Source: Rhina ancylostomus (Eukaryota). Taken from it: a stretch of 64,000 bases of DNA. Positions 38,229-47,986 of the stretch are shown piece by piece. The notes below the pieces were generated by a model, which had not been told where the DNA came from, ran no database searches, and was given only the letters and a program-made list of their open reading frames with translations. Location: the NCBI GenBank assembly GCA_030265395.1, contig JARFYF010000104.1:65903608-65967607 (forward strand), given 5' to 3'. The position numbers were made by a program, and so were the translations under genes. The first letter of the stretch is position 1. The number at the start of each line of letters is the position of its first letter.

Positions 38229-41049
38229 NNNNNNNNNNNNNNNNNNNNNNNNNNNNNNNNNNNNNNNNNNNNNNNNNNNNNNNNNNNNNNNNNNNNNNNN
38301 NNNNNNNNNNNNNNNNNNNNNNNNNNNNNNNNNNNNNNNNNNNNNNNNNNNNNNNNNNNNNNNNNNNNNNNNNNNNNNNNNNNNNNNNNNNNNNNNNNNN
38401 NNNNNNNNNNNNNNNNNNNNNNNNNNNNNNNNNNNNNNNNNNNNNNNNNNNNNNNNNNNNNNNNNNNNNNNNNNNNNNNNNNNNNNNNNNNNNNNNNNNN
38501 NNNNNNNNNNNNNNNNNNNNNNNNNNNNNNNNNNNNNNNNNNNNNNNNNNNNNNNNNNNNNNNNNNNNNNNNNNNNNNNNNNNNNNNNNNNNNNNNNNNN
38601 NNNNNNNNNNNNNNNNNNNNNNNNNNNNNNNNNNNNNNNNNNNNNNNNNNNNNNNNNNNNNNNNNNNNNNNNNNNNNNNNNNNNNNNNNNNNNNNNNNNN
38701 NNNNNNNNNNNNNNNNNNNNNNNNNNNNNNNNNNNNTCTGAATATCAAAGAGTTGGTATCTGTACTGAACTTTAGTGCCGTGATACTAGGAACTGTGAAG
38801 GCCATGTTTCAGCATTTCTTTCAGAGTGTAAAATACACTCACTCTGTTGGACTCTTTTTTTTAAAGACTAATTTCCTGCTTTATTGAGAGGCCACAAGTT
38901 GCCCTTTGTTCTAAATATCATGGATTTTCTTGCACTAATATTTTACTGCTCTAAAAAAATTGAGCAATCTAGCTTCCAGGCAAATGAGTTTATTAAAAAG
39001 ATTTAAACAAGTAAAAAATAGAGCATGATGAGAATAGGCTACAGGTTGCAATAAAGCCTATAATGTTCTGTGAGCGTGAATTATATTTTGTTCTTAAAGA
39101 TATACAATACTGAAGACTTGAGAGACATTTGTGCTTATTGCTTGCTACCATTCACATCATAGTGCTGTTGCTGGCTCTCACACCGCTTGAAGCTCTTTCT
39201 GGAGAGAACAGTATGACAGCTGTGTCATGATATCTTTCACATGTGTGAAAAACCAGGAAGGCACAAATTCTGCAGAAACAAATTTGAATGAATTCCTTTA
39301 GAGAAGTTTTGGGAATGCCCAGTGAGGTCTGGTTCTTAATGGTTTATATTCAGTCTGTTCTGGAAAGCATCTCACGATAAGAGCTATCAAGAAATATTCA
39401 ACTGATGTTCTTGTTTTCATCTCAATACAGTTAATTACGACATTCCAGAGGTGATATCATCACCAACATTTAGAATAAGAGAATGCAATATATTTATAAA
39501 TTGCTAATGATAGTGAGGTTAAAATAAGTTTTTGTAAATATTTCCATACGCCCTTAGGCCTCCTACTCTTGTATTATGGTGGCTGATAAACTTAATCCTG
39601 GCAGATAATTTCTTATTGTGTACAAGATGAGCAGAGAAAATTTTCAAAGTTAATTCAGATGTTAACCATTAGTGGTAGTTTGATGTTATGGTCAAAACCA
39701 ACAGCTTTCAGCAGTTATATGACGCGTGTCATTGGCTGAAGAGTCTGCCTTAAATCAGATGATTGTAAGCTCAAGATCTAAATAAAAAATTAGAATCTAT
39801 GACACAAAAGGAGGCCATTTAGCCCATCCAGTCTTTGTTGGTCACACGTTAAGTTGACCATCAGTCCAGAATTGAAGGTACACTACATTGTTGGAAATGC
39901 CATTCTGTAATATTATACGTTAAACTGAGCAGGAAGTAAAGGAATATAAAGGTAGAAGCCCTGATAAAAGAGATGCAGTGTTGGAAGTCCATGGAGTTTA
40001 AACAGGGAAGTAGTAAAAATTTAAAATGTAAAAAATATTTTAAAGAACTAATCCAGGGGCAGAATTATAGGCCTGTCAGGCAGGAATAGTAATGTGACTG
40101 TAAGCTGGGAGAATATGGTGCATGTAACGTTAAGGCAAACCAATGGAGAGATTTGAATTTGAGGAATGCGTTTTTGAAGTCAGTTTAATGCAGGGAGCCA
40201 ATGAAGTTGGAAAAGAACAGGATGATGGGCATGTGTCACTGTGTGAGAAGATCCAAGCTACAATATTCCAGACTAATTTAAGCTGATGACTGGAGTTGAG
40301 TATGAAGCTAAAATAGGATAAAATTTAATTCCCTGAATATGAAAGTCCCATATGGCATTCAATAATTTTACATTTGAGTGCATGCACTTTAGGTCCAAAT
40401 CTTACTCACTGTTTCTCTTTCGCACCTCTCTGTTCCATACATTTGAGGCGGATGAAATACTTCAAGCTTGGCTTCTGTGCAACAGTGTCTACAGTCTGGA
40501 GACATGACTAATGACTCTCTTGGTGTGTAATGGCAACGCTGCAAAGGATGGCTGAGACTACAAGCCAAAATGTCCTCCTTTTATACAAAAAAGTGTGAAT
40601 GATTCTGTTCCTTTGAAGAGTTTAATGGCTGTTAATCAAAATGTCATCTGAGTAAATTTTCCTCCAGGCAACAAAATCCAATTTCATTACTGGGTACTTA
40701 GGAAAACCATTTAATCACAAAGCATGGACTCTAAAACATCCTACATACTTAGTAAAATGCCAAAGAACCAGTTATCTGCTAAATGTATATAATGCTGTAT
40801 AGCTGAGCTGATTAGCTATAAGGTGCATGACTATTACGAGTATAGAAATGGAAAAAAAAACATTAACTTACTCACAGAGAAAGCATTACTTGGATTTTAA
40901 TACTGACTGCAAAATCAACCAATCCACAAGGTAACCTTAAATGGCCTGTTCACCCATTGATTAGATTCAGTTGTTACTTGATAGTTGCACTGCTTCTTAA
41001 AGTGATGCTTGTATTCATAGAATATCTCAGTATACTCTGCAGTCTTCAA

Positions 41050-41245
41050 GCCAATTAAGTACCTTTGGTCTGTAGGAAATGCAGCAACCAATTTGTACAC
41101 AGCATACTCCCACAAGCACTAATGAAATAGGGAACCAGATCATTTGTTTTACATTTTGGTAGCGGGATAAATGTTGGCCAGAGTTCCAATGAGAACTTCT
41201 TTGATCTTCTGGTCAGTGTTGTAGAATCCTCATGGATAATGTTGG
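41050..41245 (-). mobile_element. Deu-domain SINE relic (SacSINE1/AmnSINE1-like)
   Basis: gtaggaaatgcagcaaccaatttgtacacagcatactcccacaa...gggataaatgttggccag resembles the antisense Deu core as I recall it. Confidence 0.55.
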
Positions 41246-41389
41246 TAACATTTACTTTAGTAGTTTTGAATAACATTCTTTTGCTTGCTCTGTATCTGAC
41301 ATTAACTAATTTATTTTAAATGGATAAATGCAGCTGTTAAAATACCAAGTAAAGGAATGTGAACTGAATGTACTAAGATGGGATGAGAA

Positions 41390-41830
41390 AATCCAGCAAT
41401 AAGGATAGATTAGAGAAGCTGGGACTGTTCTGTTTGGAGGAGAAATGGCTAAGGGGGTATTTGATAGAAGTACAGAAAGTGATGATGGGTCTGGACAGAG
41501 TAGATAGTGGAAGGTTCTTCTCATTGATGGAGGGGTCAAGGATTAAAAGTCACTGGTATGAAAATAAAGGGGAAAAGGATTACTAGTGACATAATGACAA
41601 AGATTTTTATGCAGGGTGTTTGGAATCTGCAATGCACTGTCCCTGGATGTGGTGGAGGCAGGTTCCATTCTAGCTTTCAGGAGAGATTTAGATAAATATA
41701 TGGTGAAGAAGTATTTGTAAGACTATGGAGAAAAGACCAAGGTGGTGGAACTAGAGTGTTACTCTGGGTGATAATTGACACAGAACTGATGGGACAATTG
41801 TCGTCCTTCTGTGCTATAACTATTCCATGT
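41390..41830 (+). mobile_element. CR1 3' fragment
   Basis: DRLEKLGLFCLEEKWLRGYLIEVQKVMMGLDRVD; 3'UTR ending ccttctgtgctataactattccatg. Confidence 0.85.
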
Positions 41831-41869
41831 GCCGTGAACTGCTAGTATCAACGACACTTATTTATCAGG

Positions 41870-42393
41870 TGTTATGAGAAAGGTTCTTTTGGGATCTTAA
41901 AGGTAAAAGGTATCTGGACACACAGTCTTTGTACTTCAAAAGGAGGATTTTATTCACAAAGACTGACACGGGAGCAGAATGTGAAGGAACAGATGCACAC
42001 TCGCATTAGGATAATCGCGAAACGCGGGGAGCGTCGCAACAGGGGTGAAGGACACACACGCTCAAACATACACACACACGCACACAAGCGCGCGCGCGCA
42101 CGCACGCAACGAACTGGTATAAGTAATCACAGAACAAACAAAATACATTTTCTGGATGCCCCCCCCCTCCGAAACGGGACAAATAACAACTCTATGCTAC
42201 TGCAAATCGACTCAGGACGCTCCAAGACCCCTGTGGAAGTGCACCTCTCACCTGTGGTTTCGACCCCAGCAGCAATCGGAAAAGACGGCGAGCTGCTCAC
42301 GTGTATCATATTTTATAGGGTTGTAGCGGGGTGGAGCCTGCTCAGGTGAGACAAGCCAATGATTCAGGTTCAAGAACAAAGGTGGGTTATGGG
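41870..42393 (-). repeat. ERV 3' LTR, distal part (partial U3, R, U5), minus orientation
   Basis: Minus strand has TATAAAA (42311-42317), AATAAA (41949-41954) and ends ...cataaCA; 42176-42393 is a direct repeat of 45424-45633 (roughly 85-90% by eye). Confidence 0.88.
42052..42108. repeat. Alternating purine-pyrimidine (CA)n/(CG)n tract within the LTR
   Basis: acacacacgc...cacacacacgcacacaagcgcgcgcgcgcacgcacgca. Confidence 0.9.
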
Positions 42394-43850
42394 TGGTACA
42401 TCGCGGACTGGGCCGAATCCGGTCCAGAAGGAGTCAGACGCCTCCACTAACAGGTTATGTCCTATCCCCAGTCTCAGGTCCCACCCCGGACATACCAGAG
42501 ATCAAGACCTTTCCCCTATGCTGGGGCCAACCGTTCGACTCCCTCAACCCTGAACAGAAGCTGCACGCCTGGTTCACGGACGGCTCCAGCCGCTGGAAAA
42601 ACAGGAAGCAACATTGGAAAGCTGCGGCACTTCATCCCGCCACGCAGAAAAAATAACAAAAGAGGGAGCGGGAGGATCGAGTCACTTGACTGAGCTCGCG
42701 ACGGTAGCACTCACTTTACGGGACACCACCGGGCCAGTCCACATCTATACCGACTCTTGAGCAGTGGCCAAGGGTATGGCGGTGTGGATGGCACGGTGGC
42801 ACGAGACGGGGTGGGAAATTCACGGGCGACCCCTCTGGGGAGAGGAACATACTGGTGCTACATCTGGGACCAAGTTGCCCAGAGACAGATATCAGTCCAC
42901 CACATGGATGCTCATACCCACAAGAATACTCAGGAGGCCATATATAATGCCGTTATGGACCAGGCTTCCCAGATATGCTACACCACTGTCACCCTGGAGG
43001 AACCCGCCCTCAGCGCCCTCGCCGCATAGGCACACTGTAAGACCGGTCACCTCGGGGCTGAAGGTACACGGGGCTGAGAAGAGCAGTTTGGGGTTGCCCT
43101 TACGGTCGATCAGTGTAAAACAACTGTCACAAATTGCCCCACCTGCCAGCAGGTAAAACCACGAGACTGGCCAGCAGGGCCACCGGGTCATATTCCCAGG
43201 TGGCACGGGAGCGTGTCCCGTATGGCAAATAGACTATATCGGACTTCTCCCACGCCACAATAAAAAACAGTACGCTCTTATGATGGTGGATACATACTCG
43301 GGTATCCTTGTGGCAGTGCCGTGTGAGAGGGCCGATCAGAACAGTACCATCAAAGGATTGCAGCACCTCTCCTCCATCTATGAAGACCCATGGGAGGTGC
43401 AATCCAACCAAGGCTCACATTTCACGGAGGCTAAGGTACAAAACTCGGAGGTGCAGGCGGGGATCTCGTGGCTGTTCCATATCCCCTACCATCCCCAGGC
43501 ATCCGGCCTGATAGAACGAAACAACAGCCTGCTGAAAGAAACCATACGCACGGTGACGCCCTCCCGCAAATTGCAGTGGTGGTTGGGTGTGCTGCAGCAG
43601 GCCGTCGGTCAGCTCAACACATGGCCCACTGGCCAAGGGGGGTTCCCCATTATCCTGCCATCCCCACTGGCCGCCACCCAACCTGCGAGATCCCGAACCC
43701 CATGAGACTGAGGACTCCGGGAGATTCTGGGTCCGACAGCAACGGGGTCCCCCTCAGAAGGGGGAAATCGTCGCGCGGGGCCCCAGGAACGCTCGTTGGG
43801 TTGTGATCCCAGGTCAAACTAACATCTCCTGCCTTCATTGACAAAACCTG
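42394..43850 (+). pseudogene. pol: Retroviral pol remnant: tether end, RNase H, integrase
   Basis: WYIADWAESGPEGVRRLH; WGQPFDSL...AWFTDGSSR...WKAAALHP; EL; HIYTDS*AVAKG; HMDAH; zinc finger HCKTGH...CPTC; WQIDYIG; VDTYSG; QSNQGSHFT; HIPYHPQASGLIERNNSLLK. Several stops and frameshifts. Confidence 0.93.
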
Positions 43851-43866
43851 ATCCGCCAAGAATGAG

Positions 43867-43899
43867 TTTCTCCCTCCCCCCAACCCTACAGGACGATGG
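43867..43899 (+). promoter_or_regulatory. Probable env splice acceptor and start context
   Basis: Polypyrimidine tract tttctccctccccccaacccta, then CAG (43889-43891), then ATG at 43896 in the context acgATGG. Confidence 0.6.
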
Positions 43900-45117
43900 C
43901 GCTACTCCTCCTCCTCGCTGTGATGATCGGCATCAGAGAGTCTACGAACACCTTCCTCCGCGTCGCGTACGAATTCGCCAACACTTCCAATCAGTCAGAC
44001 TGCTGGATCTGCCTCCAAAGCCCAGCACACGCCGGAGAAGCTTTCCCACTTACAGCGATTCCCTTCGATGATCTCCAAATGAACTGCCTACACAGACTTG
44101 TTATGCTTGTCGGGTTCAGTCTATCAGTTTGGTGGGGGGGGGCGGTAATCCCCCACCACTCTCCTATCCATTACAGAATATTTCTTCCAGTGATTCCCGA
44201 TGGGGTGGGTGCTTCGGAAGCTGGAATTTCCCTTCTTACAATTTGAGCTCAACCCGAGTCCCGACCCTCAGAATGACCCCGCAGCCATCCAGTCGGCCGA
44301 GAGAATGTTGGTGCAGACTCCAAAACGACCACACTTCCACTTTTCCAGTCGGCTACAGTGATTGCGAGAGCAACTGGTACCTAGGGGCCACAGTGGCCAC
44401 CGTCAGAGGTGCGGCCAAGCTGGGAGCTCCCTGGACCCTGAATGGCATCCACTGGGTCTGCGGCAATGTGCCTACCCCTGGCTCCCCACGAGCTGGTACG
44501 GTTGCTGCTTCCCAGCGTTTGTAGTGTCCTATATCCACGCACTCGATGACCTCGGGGAGCACGAAGCATACAGCGGCCACCCACACAGAAGATCCATCAC
44601 AGCATTGTAAAGGTTCTGGATGATTTCTTTTCCCATGTATGGCACAGCTCGACTGTCCAGTGAAGTCATAAGGATGACCAGTGCGCTCCAGACCATGGCT
44701 GACGAAACCAAAATGTCACTGCAACGTACCAGGTATGCCCTGACCCAGTCAACAGTGGAGCTGGCTGCCGTCAGGCTGATGGCCCTTCAGAACAGGATGA
44801 CCGTGGACTACTTGCTCGCTGCAGAAGGTGGAACCTGTGCAATGGTTGGGAAGGAGTGCTGCACCTGTATCCCAGATGCATCCAGCAACATCACGAACCT
44901 GGCTGCTCACATTGGGGACTCGGTAACTAAAATTCAAAAGGCAAGAGGCCAGCTCCTCCAGCAAGACACCTCATGGGGAAACATGCCGTTTGGGTCTCTG
45001 GGGGGATGGTGGGCAACTATCGCCCATTGGGCCACCACCCTCATTTTAGTCGTAATAGCGATCTGCATTTTGTGCTGTGCATGCCAACTTATTAGAACCA
45101 CTTCTGCCTTCCACTAA
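43896..45117 (+). pseudogene. env: Retroviral env remnant, gamma-type
   Basis: Signal peptide MALLLLLAVMIG; CWIC; WVCG...AYPWLPTSWYGCC; HRR/SI cleavage-like site; ISD LQNRMTVDYLLAAEGGTC; CX6CC (CAMVGKECC); TM helix TLILVVIAICILCC. Frameshifts in SU and a stop at 44608-44610. Confidence 0.93.
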
Positions 45118-45198
45118 GCACTGCGCACTGACAAGTTTTTTTCTCTTCTGTTAGCTGAGTTGTTGCTATCACCATGATGAGCAATTGGTATAGCTTCT

Positions 45199-45209
45199 GA
45201 GGGGTAGAA
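45199..45209 (+). promoter_or_regulatory. Polypurine tract
   Basis: gaggggtagaa immediately precedes the LTR start TGTAGTATG at 45210. Confidence 0.8.
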
Positions 45210-45323
45210 TGTAGTATGAAAGGCCAGGGGTCAGATGACAGAGACAACACTACTGACCCCCATGTTCAGATGATAGCATTGCCTGACGGGTTGGAAGCTA
45301 TACCACTGTCAATCAAGGGTCCG
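45210..45323 (+). repeat. ERV 3' LTR U3 start, plus orientation, cut by a gap
   Basis: Inverted copy of 45675-45786, about 9 mismatches in 112 bp by eye. Confidence 0.9.
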
Positions 45324-45423
45324 NNNNNNNNNNNNNNNNNNNNNNNNNNNNNNNNNNNNNNNNNNNNNNNNNNNNNNNNNNNNNNNNNNNNNNNNNNNNN
45401 NNNNNNNNNNNNNNNNNNNNNNN

Positions 45424-45786
45424 GGGACAAACAACGGCTCTACACTACTGGGAATCTACTCAGGACGGTCCTAGACCCCTGTGGAAGTGCACCCTCTCAC
45501 CTCTGGTCTCGACCCCAGCAGCAATCAGAAAAGAGGGCAAGCTGCCCACATGTACCATCTTTTATAGGGGTGGAGCCCGCTCAGGTGAGACAACCCAATG
45601 ATTCAGGGTCAAGAACAAAGGTGTGTTAATGGGCCAATCCTCAGGTGTATTCTTTGATGGGTGGGGCGGAGCCAGACCCTTGATTGACAGTGGTATAGCT
45701 TCCGACCTGCTAGGCAGTACTATTATCTGACCATGGGGGTAAGTAGTGTTGTCTCTGTCATCTGACCCCTGGCCTTTCATACTACA
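45424..45786 (-). repeat. ERV 5' LTR (U3 and start of R), minus orientation
   Basis: Minus strand starts TGTAGTATG; GC box ggggcggag at about 45663-45671, CCAAT motifs, TATAAAA at 45560-45566. Confidence 0.9.
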
Positions 45787-46544
45787 TCAGGTAGTAGGAT
45801 ATGTATTACTGATGGAAAATGATTGGAGACTCTCGCAAACCCAATTTGCCTATATGCGTTGCTTACAATCAGCTACCCTCTTCCCTTAGAGAGAGACTGG
45901 AATAATTTTGTGGCTGTGCACTCACAGAAGTGAACCTCACCAGTATGTATCTGGAATGTGGAAAACATATGATTTTCCATGTGTCCATGCCCAAAATTCT
46001 AATAAGTATTGTGCCTATGCAAAGCTCCTTGTCAGGAACAAAACCAAAATGAGTCCTAATATAAATTGGAGATTGCATTCCACATTACTGCCATGTGTGC
46101 CTTTCTTTTGGAAATCAGGCTTAGTTCATATTTGTACTGTTTGTTCTGACCTTGTCATTGTGGCTGGCCTGCAACATGTTCTTGCTGTGTTAATCTAAGA
46201 ACGTTTGGTTTCTTCCAAGTTGTTGTTGATATAGAGATTCCCTATCATATTGTCTGGTCATTTAAAAAAGTATGTATATAAGCAGAAAAAGCACAAGACT
46301 CACTGAATATTTGAAATATATGGTGGGATTACCAAGATCTGTGTCGAAGATAATTGTGGATATGGCAAGCAATTGGTCATTGGTTCCCTAGAGGGGTGAA
46401 ATCAGCTAGATTCCTGTCTTTGCTACATGCAAGATTGAGTTCAGATGTAATCCAGTCCTCTCTAAGTTCAGGAATGAAATTGATGACCTGGGAATGACAC
46501 TGACTGCTCTGGTTTTATGCCAATAAATGATCAAAATAAATGAA

Positions 46545-46830
46545 GAAAAAATTTGCATTTGTATAGCACATTTTATAATTTTAAGACAACTCAAAGCATA
46601 ATACAGACAATTAAATACACTTTTATGACCTAATAGCTGTTGTAACATATGGAAATAAGGCAGTCTTTCTATTCACAGCAGATGTCACAAAAAAATGGAA
46701 TAATTTTTAAAAATAAATATAGTTTACTTTAGGTCTTGCCTGAGGGACAAGCATCAACTAGGCCTTTGTGATTTGCACCATGGGACATTCCATTTGCAAC
46801 TTGAAGTGCTGACTCTTCTCAAACAGTGCA
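46545..46830 (-). mobile_element. Deu-type SINE relic
   Basis: aatttgcatttgtatagcacattt (antisense tail) followed by a degenerate core similar to 41050-41245; a similar tail occurs on the plus strand at 48720-48790. Confidence 0.45.
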
Positions 46831-47822
46831 CAAGTAGCCAGCTGGATCACCCTGTGCATGGTAAATCTGACTGATATTGTTGTCACTAGAAGCAGTTTGA
46901 AAGGAACCAGAAGCATAAACATTTAAGCCCACAGTGTCCTTCACTCTAACAGACACTATGGTGCAGGCACAGGAGCATATTGCTTCCAACATTTATTTCT
47001 ATTCCAATTATCGCTCCAAAATTTTGCTGCAGAGTAGTGACTCTTTTCCTTTTGTAGCACTGTCCATTTATTCACTGTTCCTTTGTAAGGTTAAGGTATG
47101 ATGGTCTGTTCATGAAAACCCTCCTGCTGTAAAACTTAGTCTATAAGTGCCTTGGCAACATACAAGGGATAAATTCTTACTTTAATAGAGGAGAATGCTG
47201 CTTATTAATCACAGTTGTTGTAGGCACCTGACCGATATGGCATCTTGTGCATTCTGCTGATTTACACTTTGCATCATATGTGTTAAATCCGAAAACAGCT
47301 GAGATATATTGCAATTTCTTCCCCATTATGTGCTGAATGCCAAGCAATCCAAGGCAAACATAAATCCCTGAGGGCTGCAAAGAGGGAAATATAGTCTCTA
47401 CATTTTTTTCAAATATTGCTGTGTGATCCAACATATCCAACGAAAAGCTAAACCATAAAGATGCTTGCGTTTTGACAAGATGAACTTTTATTGCAAACAT
47501 TTGTCTAAAGCTGCTTCAGTTTTAAGGACAAAGTATATGCACATAATGAATCGAGTCATTTGGGGATTGGGCAGGAAAGTGACCTTGAGTTAAAGGATCA
47601 ACCATGATCTTATTAAATGGCAGAGCAGACTCAGAGGCGTATAGCTACTCCTGGTTCAAATATAGAATATATATTATATTCTTATGAGTTTCAGATAGCT
47701 TATGGTGAACAACCATGATGGAACTGAATTTTTAGCTGAGTGATGTTGAACATTTCCCCAATTTCTGTGGTTCTAACAAATATTAATGCCAAACATATGA
47801 TAGAAGAAGTCATGAAATTCAG

Positions 47823-47986
47823 TTCAGAATCTGAATCAGAATCAGGTTTATTATCACTGACATATGTTGTGAAATTTGTTGTTTTGTGGCAGCAGTACAA
47901 CGCAAGGCACAAAAATTACTATAAGTTACAAAATAAATAGTGCAAAAGAGGAATAATGAGGTAGTGTTCATGGACCGCTCAGAAAT
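47823..47986 (-). mobile_element. LINE 3' end with (CTGATT)n tail, Rex-like
   Basis: tcagaatctgaatcagaatcaggtttattatcactgacatatg. Confidence 0.6.

Larger units (their letters stand above)
41870..45786. mobile_element. Endogenous retrovirus (class III ERV-L/S-like pol, gamma-type env), rearranged provirus
   Basis: Begins TG (41870) and ends CA (45786); TCAGG at 41865-41869 and 45787-45791; LTR homology at both ends; RNase H, integrase and env remnants inside. Confidence 0.92.

Noticed and set aside
45210-45786. DIRS-like or DNA-transposon interpretation of the inverted ends
   Set aside because: The PPT, TG...CA ends, 5-bp TSD, DDE integrase and env show these are retroviral LTR pieces.
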